Assembly: GCA_963806035.1 (NCBI GenBank)
Contig: CAWDWO010000026.1
Coordinates: 141,969 to 205,968, forward strand
Source: Candidatus Krumholzibacteriota bacterium
GTDB taxonomy: Bacteria > Krumholzibacteriota > Krumholzibacteriia > JAJRXK01
Direction: 5' to 3'
Length of the DNA: 64,000 nt
Positions within the stretch are counted from its first letter, which is position 1. Every line of letters begins with the position of its first letter. The position numbers were made by a program, and so were the translations under genes. This document shows positions 47,106 to 57,080 of this stretch, piece after piece. Below the pieces are notes generated by a model. That model was not told the origin of the DNA and made no database searches. It saw only the letters and a list, made by a program, of their open reading frames with translations.

Positions 47106-48227
47106 CTACTTCGCCGCCATCCGACGAAGCAAGCGCGCCGTAGCCTCTACCATGGTCTCCTGATCGAAGTTCCGCAACACATGCTCGCGGCCGGCCACCC
47201 CCATGGCTTTCGCCCGCTCGGGCTCGCCGAGCAGTTCATCGATTGCCTGGGCAAGGGCGCTCGCATCCGACGGCGCCACGAGCAGTCCGGTCTTCCCTTC
47301 CACCACCATCTCCTCGATCGAACCCACCCGGGTGGAGATGACCGGGAGCTCGGCAGCCATCCCTTCCAGTACACACAGCGGGAAGGTCTCGACAACGGGG
47401 TGCGAGCAGAGGACGAGGAGATCAGCAAGAGAGAGAATCCGCGGCACGTCGTCGCGAAGTCCCAGCCAGTGGAGACGATCGCTGACGCCGAGCTTGTCCG
47501 CGTGCGCCCGGATGGCGGATTCACGCGCGCCCGTTCCCACGATGGCCAAATGGGCTCGAGGCTCGTGAGCACTGCTCTGCAACGCTTCGAGAATCAGCTC
47601 GTGGTGCTTTTCGGGACGCAAAGCGGCGACGATGATCAGGAGCGGGTTCTGCAGGGGAAGTCCGAGTTCGCGTCGGAGCGCAACCCGCTCCTCGTTGGAA
47701 GGACGTGGCGCGAAGCGGTGCGTGTCGATTCCGTTGTGGATGACGGCGATCCGCTCCGGCGCGATTCCCATTTCCTCTTGCAGATAGCTCGCCTGCCGGT
47801 GGCTCACCGCGACCACCGTATCGGACAGGGGCATCAGGACCCGATCCAGCAGATTGAGACTGGGGCTGCCGTCAGCACGTCTGGTGCGATGCACCGCGCA
47901 GAGCTGATGCGGGACGCCGGCCAGGCGTGCGGCCAGCCGTCCCAAGAAGAGGGCGTTGCCGTGATCGAGGACGTAGAGCAGGTCGCAGGAGAGGCCGGCC
48001 AGGTGACGGACGAGACGCGGCAGGGCAAGGAGAGACTTGGGCTCTGGCAGCAGTTGAGCTTCGACCTCTACCCCCGCGGCCTCGATCTCCGAGCCGATTT
48101 CTCCCAGTCCGCGGAAGGTCGTGAGCGCCGTCTCGATGCCCTGCCCTGGAAGTCCCAGACAGAGCGACTGGACGACCCGCTCGGCGCCTCCCACCGGCAG
48201 ACGGTCGGCCAGAAAGCGAACTCTCAA
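47106..48227 (-). CDS. Glycosyltransferase family 4 (start approximate)
   Basis: GGAER, IHNGID, RPEK, ETFPLCVLEGMA. Confidence 0.9.
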   Translation of the reverse strand: MRVRFLADRLPVGGAERVVQSLCLGLPGQGIETALTTFRGLGEIGSEIEAAGVEVEAQLLPEPKSLLALPRLVRHLAGLSCDLLYVLDHGNALFLGRLAARLAGVPHQLCAVHRTRRADGSPSLNLLDRVLMPLSDTVVAVSHRQASYLQEEMGIAPERIAVIHNGIDTHRFAPRPSNEERVALRRELGLPLQNPLLIIVAALRPEKHHELILEALQSSAHEPRAHLAIVGTGARESAIRAHADKLGVSDRLHWLGLRDDVPRILSLADLLVLCSHPVVETFPLCVLEGMAAELPVISTRVGSIEEMVVEGKTGLLVAPSDASALAQAIDELLGEPERAKAMGVAGREHVLRNFDQETMVEATARLLRRMAAK

Positions 48228-48244
48228 TTTGCTGCTCGGGGAAT

Positions 48245-49282
48245 TCAGCGCGGGCTCCCCACCCCATTCAATTCGATGGCCGCACCGCCGTCGGAAATGG
48301 ATCGACAGGCGGCTTCCAGAACTTCCACCACCTTGAGACCATTGGCTCCGTCGCTCAAGGGATTCTTCCCCTCCCGAATGCACTCGAGGAAATGCTGGGC
48401 TTCGGTCTTGAGCGGTTCGGCTTCTTCGATGCGCGGCAGGACGATGTCTCCGTAACGGTAGCTCAGATGGAATTCTCCAAAGCTGTCGTAGTGCGGCATC
48501 TTGGTGACGCCCTTGTCGTACACGCGCAGCTTTTCCAGGTTGGAGGTGTCGTCGTAGACCAGCATCTTCCTGCTGCCCACCACGGTGACCCGTCGGATCT
48601 TGTTGGGATCGAGCCAGCTCACGTGCAGATGAGCCCGCACGCTTCCCGGGTATTCCAGGTCCACGAAGGCCACGTCCTCGATTCCCGGTTGTACGAAGGC
48701 GTTGCCGGTGGCGTGCACTTTCAGAGGATGCGAGTCGAGCAGGTAGCCGAGAATGGAAATATCGTGCGGAGCGAGGTCCCAGACCACGTTCACGTCCTCG
48801 CGAAAGAGCCCGAGGTTCACGCGGGTCATGTTGATGTAGAAGATCTCCCCGAGTTCGCCCTCCTCGATGAGCTGACGGATCCTGCGCACCACGGAATTGT
48901 AGAGGAAGGTGTGCCCGACCATCAGGACCTTTCCGTTGCGTTCGGCCGCGGCGATCATGCGGTGGCACTCGTCCACCGTGGTGGCCATAGGCTTCTCCAC
49001 GAAGACGTGCTTGCCGTGGTTCAAAGCCCTGACTGCGATCTCCTCGTGCTTGTCGACCGGCGTGGCCAGCACGATGGCGTCGACCGAGGGATCCTCGATT
49101 GCGTCCGAAGCATTCCGGCTGACTTGCAGGGCCGGATAGAGCCCCTGCATGTGGCTCAGACGCTCTTCGTCCAGATCGACGGCCCAGGCGCACTGTGTAT
49201 TGGGAAGAGATGCGAAATTGCGCACGAGATTGGGTCCCCAGTACCCAACCCCGATGACACCAACGCGAATGGGAGCGCTCAT
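48245..49282 (-). CDS. Gfo/Idh/MocA oxidoreductase (NDP-sugar dehydrogenase-like)
   Basis: GVGYWG, HVFVEKP, DLAPHDIS. Confidence 0.9.
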   Translation of the reverse strand: MSAPIRVGVIGVGYWGPNLVRNFASLPNTQCAWAVDLDEERLSHMQGLYPALQVSRNASDAIEDPSVDAIVLATPVDKHEEIAVRALNHGKHVFVEKPMATTVDECHRMIAAAERNGKVLMVGHTFLYNSVVRRIRQLIEEGELGEIFYINMTRVNLGLFREDVNVVWDLAPHDISILGYLLDSHPLKVHATGNAFVQPGIEDVAFVDLEYPGSVRAHLHVSWLDPNKIRRVTVVGSRKMLVYDDTSNLEKLRVYDKGVTKMPHYDSFGEFHLSYRYGDIVLPRIEEAEPLKTEAQHFLECIREGKNPLSDGANGLKVVEVLEAACRSISDGGAAIELNGVGSPR

Positions 49283-49334
49283 TGGTGGTCCTCGGTTTAG
49301 AGACTGATTTCTGGCATTTGGAATCGGGGGGTGA

Positions 49335-50168
49335 TCAGTACGCCCCATCTCCCTTCAGGAGCACGGGAATCGTCTTGAAGATGATCCTCAGATCCATCGC
49401 GAGACTCCAATGCGTGATGTAATGCAGATCCAGCATTACCATCTCGTCGAAGGGCACTCGGCTGCGGCCGCTGACCTGCCAGAGACCGGTGAGTCCCGGC
49501 TTGGCTTTCAAGCGATCCTTGTGCCAGTCCTGGTAGTGGTCCAACTCGTAGTGAATGGGCGGACGCGGCCCGACCAGGCTCATCTCGCCTTTCAGGATGT
49601 TCCAAAACTGTGGGAGTTCATCGAGGCTGCTCTGCCGCAGGAAGGTGCCGATGCGTGTCACGCGCGGGTCGCTGATCATCTTGAAGACGCGTCCCCCCTG
49701 GCGACTTTCCATCTTTCCGTTGATGAAACTCTGGGCAAAGCTGCGATGGACCGATTCATCGTTGTTATGATGCATCGTCCGGAACTTATAAAAAGTAAAA
49801 GGGATACCGTTCTTACCCAAACGGGTTTGCCGGAAAAACACCGGGCCGCGCGAGCTACACTTCACGGCGAGGGCGAGGAAGAGGAAGAGCGGAGCTCCCA
49901 CCACCAAGACCAATGCCGAAAAGAAGAGATCCATCGCGCGCTTTACGCCCAATTGGAGCTGTGATTGTTCCAGCCTGCCGATGCGAAGACTGAAGACCTC
50001 GGCCGCTTCCAATTGCTTTTCCAGCGTTGCGAGATTCAAGGCTGTCGCGTCTTTCTTCATTTCTGGAGCCGTCCCTGCGCTGAGCTGCACTTCACGGTGA
50101 TCAATGGCCGACCCGAAACAGGCGCCCGGCCCTTTCAAACCAGGCACGAGGTCCAACAGGTTTTCCAT
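49335..50168 (-). CDS. Priming sugar-phosphate transferase (Bac_transf family)
   Basis: [48 protein letters not shown]. Confidence 0.95.
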   Translation of the reverse strand: MENLLDLVPGLKGPGACFGSAIDHREVQLSAGTAPEMKKDATALNLATLEKQLEAAEVFSLRIGRLEQSQLQLGVKRAMDLFFSALVLVVGAPLFLFLALAVKCSSRGPVFFRQTRLGKNGIPFTFYKFRTMHHNNDESVHRSFAQSFINGKMESRQGGRVFKMISDPRVTRIGTFLRQSSLDELPQFWNILKGEMSLVGPRPPIHYELDHYQDWHKDRLKAKPGLTGLWQVSGRSRVPFDEMVMLDLHYITHWSLAMDLRIIFKTIPVLLKGDGAY

Positions 50169-50194
50169 CCGAAACCCGAAGCGAGCGTCTCGCC

Positions 50195-51307
50195 TCAGGA
50201 TTCGAGTTTCAGCAACACCTCGCTGACGTAGTCCACCATCTCATCGTCCAGCTCCGCAAAGATGGGAAGCGAGACAATCTGATTACAGATCGCTTCGGCA
50301 ATCGGAAATTCACCGTCACGACCCAGGCTAGAGAAAGCAGGGTGCTGGTGCACCGCCAGGGGGTAATGCGCCCCATGTCCGATCCGGTGCTCCTTGAGCA
50401 GTTGCTTGACCTTCTCTACCTCGGGATGGTTGACCACGAACAGATGATAGACAGGCTCCGCCCCTTCTTGGGGTTGCGGCATCCGATACCGAGTACCGGC
50501 GAGTCGTTCTCGATACCGCTTGGCCACGCGACGGCGTCCGTCGTTCCAGTCGTCCAGGTGTGCCAACTTCACCTCGAGAACCGCCGCCTGCAGAGAATCG
50601 AGTCTCCCGGTGGTTCCCACGAGGCTATGGATGTTCTTCTCGAGCTGACCATGATGGCGCAAAGCCACCACTTTCTCGGCCAGTTCGGGTTCGTCCGTCA
50701 CCACGGCGCCACCGTCGCCCATCGCGCCCAGGTTCTTCCCCGGGTAGAACGAAAAGGCCGCGGCGGTGCTGCTGCTGCCAATGCGAGAAGATTTCCAACG
50801 TGCGCCGTGTGCCTGCGCCGCATCCTCCAGTAGCACGAGCTCATGCTTCCGCGCGAGTGCGCGCAGTGCATCGAGATCGCAGGGAATGCCGTAGAGGTGC
50901 ACTGCGAGGATCGCCTTGGTGTTGGGAGTGATCTTCTCCTCCACCGCGGCGGGATCCATGAGCCAGGTCTCGGGGTCGACATCGCTGAGAACAGGAGTCG
51001 CCCCCACCGCGAGAATTGCCTCGACCGTGGCCACGAAGGTATTGGGGACGGTGATGACCTCGTCCCCGGGTCCGAGCCCGGCCGCCTGCATCATCAGTTG
51101 AAGGGCCATGCAGCCCGAGCTGACGCCAACGCAGCGCGCGGCTTCGCAGTAATCCGCAAACGCGGTTTCGAAGGAAACCACGGAGGGACCCAGAATAAAT
51201 GCATTCTGGTCGATGACGCGCGCCATCGCGGTGTTGATCTGGTCACGAAGGGGGCCGTTTTGGGCCATCAGGTCCAGGAACGGTACCTGTTGGATATCGG
51301 TTCGCAT
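50195..51307 (-). CDS. DegT/DnrJ/EryC1/StrS aminotransferase
   Basis: EDAAQAHGA, SFYPGKNLGAMGDGG, RLDSLQAA. Confidence 0.95.
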   Translation of the reverse strand: MRTDIQQVPFLDLMAQNGPLRDQINTAMARVIDQNAFILGPSVVSFETAFADYCEAARCVGVSSGCMALQLMMQAAGLGPGDEVITVPNTFVATVEAILAVGATPVLSDVDPETWLMDPAAVEEKITPNTKAILAVHLYGIPCDLDALRALARKHELVLLEDAAQAHGARWKSSRIGSSSTAAAFSFYPGKNLGAMGDGGAVVTDEPELAEKVVALRHHGQLEKNIHSLVGTTGRLDSLQAAVLEVKLAHLDDWNDGRRRVAKRYRERLAGTRYRMPQPQEGAEPVYHLFVVNHPEVEKVKQLLKEHRIGHGAHYPLAVHQHPAFSSLGRDGEFPIAEAICNQIVSLPIFAELDDEMVDYVSEVLLKLES

Positions 51308-51315
51308 GACCTTGG

Positions 51316-51345
51316 CAGTATAGCATAGAAAATTGGGGGATTCCA
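51316..51345 (-). promoter_or_regulatory. sigma70 promoter with extended -10 just before DegT ATG
   Basis: TTGGAA-18-TATACT, TGC before -10; only 9 nt to ATG. Confidence 0.55.
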
Positions 51346-51553
51346 AGAGGCTCAATGCGACACTTTTCGCCAAGCAAGTTCCCTTCCAACAGGGGCTTAG
51401 CCTGGCCCTCCCGGCCCTCCCCCCGAGGATCCCCGGCCCGAGCCCGCCGGGCGGCGCCGGGCCAGCTCCCTTCCCGCTCTGCGCTCGCCAGCTGGCCCGC
51501 ACTCTGCTAATCTTCGAGTTCGGGCCGAGAAGCGCACTTTCGGGGAGGATTCC

Positions 51554-52432
51554 ATGAGGCTGCTCATCACCGGCGCGCGGGGCATGATGGGAAGGGACCT
51601 TCGCGCCGCGGCGGAAGCCGCGGGGCACGAGGTCTGGGGGACCGATATCGCCAAGCTGGAAAAGGACCCCAAGGACCGGCTGGACATCAGCGCCCACGAG
51701 GCCGTCGCGGAGGCCCTCGACCGCTTCCAGCCCGACTGGGTGCTCCACCTGGCCGCCCTCACCGACGTCGATCACTGCGAGCGAGTGCCCGAGGATGCCT
51801 GGCGAGTCAACGCCCTGGGCACCGAGAGCCTGGCCATGCTCTGCCGCGATCGTGACTGCGGATTGCTCTACGTTTCGACGGGCAGTGTCTTCCCCGGTGA
51901 CAAGAATCTCCCCTACCACGAGTTCGATTCTCCGGGACCGGTGAGCGTCTACGCGCGCAGCAAATACCTGGGCGAGGAGTCGGTGCGTCGTCTGGTTGCC
52001 CGGCACTATGTCGTTCGCGCGGGCTGGATGTTCGGAGGCGGGCCCGAGGACAAGAAATTCGTGGCCAAGATGATCGATCGCGCGCGAGCGAGCGAGCTGC
52101 TGCTCGCGGTGGATGACAAGACGGGGTCGCCCACTTACACGGTCGACATCGCGCGCCGCTGCCTCGAACTCTTGTCCACGGAGAGATTCGGCACCTATCA
52201 CGCCGCGAACGAAGGCGCCTGCACGCGCTTTGAAATGGCGCAGGCGATCCTGCAAGCCGCCGGCATCGAAAACTGCGAGGTGCAACCTTGCTCCTCGGCA
52301 CAGTTTCCGCTCGCGGCCTTCCGTCCCCCTTCGGAGAGTCTCGAAGGGCTGCGCGCCAAGTTGATCGGACTTGCGCCCATGCGTGACTGGCGCCTCGCAT
52401 TGAGCGAGTACGTCCAGACCACTTTTCGCTGA
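51554..52432 (+). CDS. rfbD: dTDP-4-dehydrorhamnose reductase
   Basis: TGARGMMG, AALTDVD, YARSKYLGE, GSPTY. Confidence 0.9.
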   Translation: MRLLITGARGMMGRDLRAAAEAAGHEVWGTDIAKLEKDPKDRLDISAHEAVAEALDRFQPDWVLHLAALTDVDHCERVPEDAWRVNALGTESLAMLCRDRDCGLLYVSTGSVFPGDKNLPYHEFDSPGPVSVYARSKYLGEESVRRLVARHYVVRAGWMFGGGPEDKKFVAKMIDRARASELLLAVDDKTGSPTYTVDIARRCLELLSTERFGTYHAANEGACTRFEMAQAILQAAGIENCEVQPCSSAQFPLAAFRPPSESLEGLRAKLIGLAPMRDWRLALSEYVQTTFR

Positions 52433-52445
52433 GCCACGACTCGGC

Positions 52446-54554
52446 TCAGCGGATGAGGCTCAACTTCTGCGAGCTGCTCTGCGCTCCCGCTTTCAAGACG
52501 GCAAAGTAGGTTCCCGAGGATGCCTCTCCTCCGCGTTCGTCTCTGCCATCCCAGACGAGCACTCCTGAGAGGGGCCAATCTCCCCCGCTCTTCAGGGTGC
52601 GCACCCGACGCCCACGGGCATCGTAGATCGCGAGCTGGGCGCTGCTCTCGCCCGGCGGCAGCTCGTAGTGAAGGGTCGTCCGTGGATTGAAGGGGTTGGG
52701 AACCGCGGGCGCCAAACTCACCGCCACCGGAATCCGGGTCACCGCGGGTCCGCTGGTCACCACGTCACTGCCCGAGCGCGCGATACGAAATCCGATATAA
52801 CTCTGACTCTCCTCGGCGAGCTCACCGCTGCGATAGCCGTTGCGGCAGCCGGCCCAGTCGAAATTGTAGCCGCCGCCGCGGATCACCCGGTACTGTGTGT
52901 ACCCATACGAGCCGCTCTCCAGGGGATCGTTCACGCTTCCTGAAAGCTGGTAGGACCAGGTCCACGGATCCTCGCACCACTCGAAGGCGTTGCCCGCCAT
53001 GTCTCTCAGTCCGAAGAGATTGGGCGGGAAGGAACCCACCGGCGCCAGTCCTTCCCACACGTCGGCTCCCCCGGTCCCATAGTAGTTGGCGTAGTCGTGC
53101 ACGTAGTCGGAAGAGTCATCCCCCCACCAGAAGCGCGTGTAGCCCGGGGTTCCCGGAGTGGATCCGTAGCCGCCGCGCAGCGCGTACTCGAACTCCGCAT
53201 CGGTGGGAAGCCGCCAGCCATCGCTTCCCGGAACCGGCGTGACCCCGTCATAGGCCGGGGTGGTTCCGTCCAGTCCGCTGCGCCAGTTACAGTAGGCCAG
53301 GGCTCCGTACCAGCTCACCTCAACGATGGGCTCGTGGACATCGACGGAATCCTTCGCGGAATAGACTCCCCCGAGCTCTTGGATTTGACACTGGGCGTCG
53401 CCCAGATCGACGCAGGGGTATCCGGCGTAGAGATTGGAACCCGTGTCGTTGAGGAAGGCCAGGTACTGGGCCACCGTGATCTCGGTCACCGACATCACGA
53501 AGGGCGACAGAGTCACCGTATATCCGGTGGACACCTGATAGCTCTCATAGCGGGGATCGACGTGGTCCCCCATGTCGAAGGTGCCCGCAGGGAGATCCGA
53601 GACGAAGGGTGGCTCCGGCCCCGGGGTGACCGTTGGAGCCGGATCGCTGGCTTGGGCAAGCTTGTTGGTCCAGTAGTCCAGATTGTAGCTCTCGAGCGGA
53701 TTGAAATTGGTCCCCCAGGGCGAGAAGAGCTGCAGGGAGATCTGCCCGCCGCTGGAACGGTAGAAGATTACCGCATCGCCGCTGGGATTCCCGCCGGCGT
53801 GATAGCCCGAGGCGATCAAAGTGACTCCATCGAGCACGTCGTAGAAAATCCCCGGATTCAAATCGGTATAGCCGGTGTCCCCGCAGTACATCGTGACCGG
53901 CTTGAGCTGCGCCACCGCCTTGATGTGGGGCCAGATCTCGTCGAAGAACTCGTTCACGTCGTATCCGCGCGTGGAGAACTCGTCGTACCAGGCGTTTCCC
54001 ATCTTGCGGATGACTTCGTAGCGCGGGTGAGTCTTCACCCAGGCCAGGTGGTGCTGCACGATGAGAAGATCGCTGACGCTGGGATCGCTGGCCGCCTGCG
54101 CCAGTTCATTCACGATGAAGTTGAAATGTTCCTGGTCGGGATTTCCGTTGGGAGATTGCGAGGACCACAGAAAGATCACGCGCGTCGAGTCGTAATCGCT
54201 GCGCCAGGTGTCGTCTCCCCAACGCGAATACCACTCGCCCATGTTTTCGCTGTCGTGATTGCCCAGCACGGGAACGAAGGGGAAGCTCCACTTCCCGGCG
54301 TAGGTGGCCTCGAGGCTGTCCCATTCCGCGGGCGCCCCGGAGAAAGTACAGTCTCCCCCGGCGATGTAGGCATCGGGTCCGTAGTGGGGCAGGCTGTCCA
54401 CGATGGCCTGAAAGCCGGGGCAGGGCTTCTTGTCCGCGGTCAGGCCGTACATGTGGCCGCCGAGGACCAGGAAGGAGTTGGCGAGTGCAGAAGCGGGCCA
54501 TCCGGCCAGAATTCCCAGCGCCAGGAACCAAGCCATGAAGCTTCGCGCGCGCAT
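52446..54554 (-). CDS. Secreted metallophosphoesterase + FGE-sulfatase + FlgD-Ig protein
   Basis: Signal peptide; GD, GNHD, HH; RLPTDAEFEYA, NLFGLRDMAGNAFEW, RGGG, GFR; PNPFNP..IYDARGRRV..WDGRD tail. Confidence 0.85.
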   Translation of the reverse strand: MRARSFMAWFLALGILAGWPASALANSFLVLGGHMYGLTADKKPCPGFQAIVDSLPHYGPDAYIAGGDCTFSGAPAEWDSLEATYAGKWSFPFVPVLGNHDSENMGEWYSRWGDDTWRSDYDSTRVIFLWSSQSPNGNPDQEHFNFIVNELAQAASDPSVSDLLIVQHHLAWVKTHPRYEVIRKMGNAWYDEFSTRGYDVNEFFDEIWPHIKAVAQLKPVTMYCGDTGYTDLNPGIFYDVLDGVTLIASGYHAGGNPSGDAVIFYRSSGGQISLQLFSPWGTNFNPLESYNLDYWTNKLAQASDPAPTVTPGPEPPFVSDLPAGTFDMGDHVDPRYESYQVSTGYTVTLSPFVMSVTEITVAQYLAFLNDTGSNLYAGYPCVDLGDAQCQIQELGGVYSAKDSVDVHEPIVEVSWYGALAYCNWRSGLDGTTPAYDGVTPVPGSDGWRLPTDAEFEYALRGGYGSTPGTPGYTRFWWGDDSSDYVHDYANYYGTGGADVWEGLAPVGSFPPNLFGLRDMAGNAFEWCEDPWTWSYQLSGSVNDPLESGSYGYTQYRVIRGGGYNFDWAGCRNGYRSGELAEESQSYIGFRIARSGSDVVTSGPAVTRIPVAVSLAPAVPNPFNPRTTLHYELPPGESSAQLAIYDARGRRVRTLKSGGDWPLSGVLVWDGRDERGGEASSGTYFAVLKAGAQSSSQKLSLIR

Positions 54555-54555
54555 G

Positions 54556-55719
54556 CTAGGCGCTCCCGTTCCGCGCCGGCACCCCCGCTGAGCTTTGGGA
54601 GAGCGGTTCTCCTCTGAGCGAGGCATAGAGACTCTCATAGGCGGCCGCGATGGAGTCCCAGGCGTACTCGCGCATGCAGCGCTCGTAGAGCCGCGCGCTC
54701 CATTCTTCGAGCCGCGGATCCGTCAGGGCAGCCTGGAGTCGCTCCGCGAGTGAATCCGAATCCTTTGTGCGATGAAGGTAGGGATAGTCCGGGACGAGCA
54801 GCTCACGGTTGGCGGGAATGTCTGAACAGAGAACGGGGCGTTTGCAGGAGATCGCCTCCAGCAGCATCATCGACATCGCCTCGTATTCGGAGGGAAACAC
54901 GAAGAGCTTGCAGTTTCGCACCAGCTCCAAAAGCGCCTCCCTCCCCAGCAGCCTGCGCTGTGCCACGATCGAGGCGTCGGCTGCGATCCTTGCGTCCACT
55001 TTCGCGCTGTAGGCCGCATCGTGCGTGAAGTCGCCGACGACGCACAATTTCAACGGCGTATCCATTTTCTCCCAAGCACTCAGGAGATGGTGGAGTCCCT
55101 TGGTGGAATCGAGCCGGCCGCAGGCGAAGAGGACGTAAGCCCGGGGCCTCAGTTCCATGCTGCTGAGATCGAGACTCTCGGGGTGGCTGTCCTGAAAATA
55201 AGGATCGACACCGTTGGGGATGTACTCCACCTGCTTGCGGCTCCACAGCCCATTCACCCGCTCTTTGAAACGAGAGACCGAACTCAACCGGTGGCAAAAC
55301 TGCACGAAGAATCTCTCGGAAATCTTGAGATAGAGCTTGGCGAAGCGACCCCACTTCTGACGCGTGTAGGGGTCGCCATGGAAAGTCCCCAGGACGGGAA
55401 CCCTGAATTTGAGGCGCAGGAGGGGAACGAAAATACCGAAATCCGAATTGTGCACGTGGGCAAGATCGTAGCGGCCCTTGAGGAGGTAGTGCACGCAGCA
55501 CAGAAAGAAATAGCTGAACGACCCGAGATGCTTTCCGCTGAGCGCGGGGACGTGGATGAAATGCAGATTGTCGTGGCAGACGGTGGTTGAGGACGTGTCC
55601 TTCCGCAGGTAGATCCAGTAGTCATTCTCCGCGGAGAAGTTCTCCAGGAGCTTCTCGACGACCCTGTCTGCCCCTGCCACCGCGGGCAAGGTCTTGATCC
55701 CCAGGATGGCGACATTCAT
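54556..55719 (-). CDS. Glycosyltransferase family 4
   Basis: ILGIKTLPA..G, IPNGV, GRL..KG, FPSEYE..LLEA, SDIP. Confidence 0.9.
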   Translation of the reverse strand: MNVAILGIKTLPAVAGADRVVEKLLENFSAENDYWIYLRKDTSSTTVCHDNLHFIHVPALSGKHLGSFSYFFLCCVHYLLKGRYDLAHVHNSDFGIFVPLLRLKFRVPVLGTFHGDPYTRQKWGRFAKLYLKISERFFVQFCHRLSSVSRFKERVNGLWSRKQVEYIPNGVDPYFQDSHPESLDLSSMELRPRAYVLFACGRLDSTKGLHHLLSAWEKMDTPLKLCVVGDFTHDAAYSAKVDARIAADASIVAQRRLLGREALLELVRNCKLFVFPSEYEAMSMMLLEAISCKRPVLCSDIPANRELLVPDYPYLHRTKDSDSLAERLQAALTDPRLEEWSARLYERCMREYAWDSIAAAYESLYASLRGEPLSQSSAGVPARNGSA

Positions 55720-55730
55720 CCGCGAGACCT

Positions 55731-56864
55731 CTAGCGATTGAAGAAACCGTTTTCGAACTGGCCATATTGCCGGCTCTCGTCGGGCTGCATGACAGCCTTT
55801 TGGCGTTTCCCCAGATAGCTTTCGCGCCGCACGATGTTCTCGTCCTGATGCACGATGGAATAGTCGACATATTTCTCGAACGGGATGCGAATTCCCAAGA
55901 TGCTACGGAGCTTGTTTCGCATCACCCAGAGCAGGGGTTTCATCCGCGGCAGTTTCGCGTAGTGCTCGTTCCGCATCGCGGTCTTGGCCGACGCCACCAT
56001 CCAACAGTTCTGGGTGCAGGCCGCGACCTTCTGCCGTTGCTCCTTGGCCAGCGGTGAGGACATGATCTCTTTCCAGCTGGCCTGCAGAAGGTTGCCCATC
56101 TTGAGATCGGGGCGGACGTTGCAAGCGTAGACGTCACTCCACGGATCGATGAAGGCGAACATGCTTCCGGCAGTACAGGGGATGAGACGGTCGTGCCCCA
56201 GAACTTTGGCGATGAGACCGAGGTTCAGGTAAGCGCGGAATAGAGTCTTCGCGTCCCAGGCCTTCATCATTTCGCTGACCAGATCCTCCACCCGGCTCGC
56301 GATGGCGCGGCGGTCGTAGGGAACGTTGTCATCTTTGTGGAACTGGAATCCGTTGTGGAGCGCCGAGGTCGCGAACTCCACCCCCTTGTCGCGACTCATG
56401 ACGTACAGGTCGACGATCTCGTCCACGTTTTCGTCCTGGAAAGTGGTCGCGAAGCCCAGGTCCCTCCCCCCTGCTTCGATCAGGGCATCCATGCACTCCA
56501 TCTTCTTGGAGAAGCCCTCTTTCTCGCCGCGGATGCAGTTGTTCGTGGCCTCGAATCCCTCCACGCTGATGCGAATCTTGATGTCGGGATGGCGCTTCAC
56601 GATGGGGACCAGCTTGTCCGGGTGAAGGCCGTTGGTGGAGATCTCCATCGTGCACGCCTTGGGCGACAGGACGTCGACGATCTCTGCGAGATCCTTGCGG
56701 AGGGTCGGCTCGCCCCCGGTGAGGTTCAGGTGGTCGAAGCCGCCCGGGAGCTGTTCCAGAGTCTCGAGGGTCACTTCGCTATTGGTCCGCGTCGGATTCT
56801 GCCAGATGTTGCACATCGAGCAACGCGAGTCACAGCGGTAAGTGAGGATCACGGACAGATCCAT
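55731..56864 (-). CDS. Radical SAM/SPASM-twitch protein
   Basis: CDSRCSMC, TGGEP, STNG; C-terminal CTAG..ACN..CTQNC. Confidence 0.92.
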   Translation of the reverse strand: MDLSVILTYRCDSRCSMCNIWQNPTRTNSEVTLETLEQLPGGFDHLNLTGGEPTLRKDLAEIVDVLSPKACTMEISTNGLHPDKLVPIVKRHPDIKIRISVEGFEATNNCIRGEKEGFSKKMECMDALIEAGGRDLGFATTFQDENVDEIVDLYVMSRDKGVEFATSALHNGFQFHKDDNVPYDRRAIASRVEDLVSEMMKAWDAKTLFRAYLNLGLIAKVLGHDRLIPCTAGSMFAFIDPWSDVYACNVRPDLKMGNLLQASWKEIMSSPLAKEQRQKVAACTQNCWMVASAKTAMRNEHYAKLPRMKPLLWVMRNKLRSILGIRIPFEKYVDYSIVHQDENIVRRESYLGKRQKAVMQPDESRQYGQFENGFFNR

Positions 56865-57016
56865 GGATCACCTCGAAGATTCGAAAGGAACGACGCGCAA
56901 CTCTCGGAGAGGATGGGAGCCCTTTCCGCATGTTCGGAAAAGACGGAGATACAGCCGCAAACGTCGCATGATTTGGCTTTAGAGCCTTTTTCTACTGGGA
57001 TCCCCGCCAGGAGAAT

Positions 57017-57047
57017 CAGTATAGCACTCTTGCCCCGTCGCAAGCAA
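57017..57047 (-). promoter_or_regulatory. sigma70 promoter with extended -10 upstream of radical SAM gene
   Basis: TTGCTT-18-TATACT; TGCTATACTG identical to DegT promoter. Confidence 0.55.
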
Positions 57048-57080
57048 TCTAGCGGCCCCGAGAAATCTCGCGAGTACGGC

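Noticed and set aside
47106..49193. Apparent 695-aa GT4 and 696-aa DegT (50195-52285) fusions in the ORF track
   Set aside because: N-terminal extensions are alternate frames over the oxidoreductase and rfbD; real starts are near 48227 and 51307
51400..51500. Very GC-rich repeat-like tract in the DegT/rfbD divergent spacer
   Set aside because: No regular repeat unit or second copy; not a CRISPR or REP array
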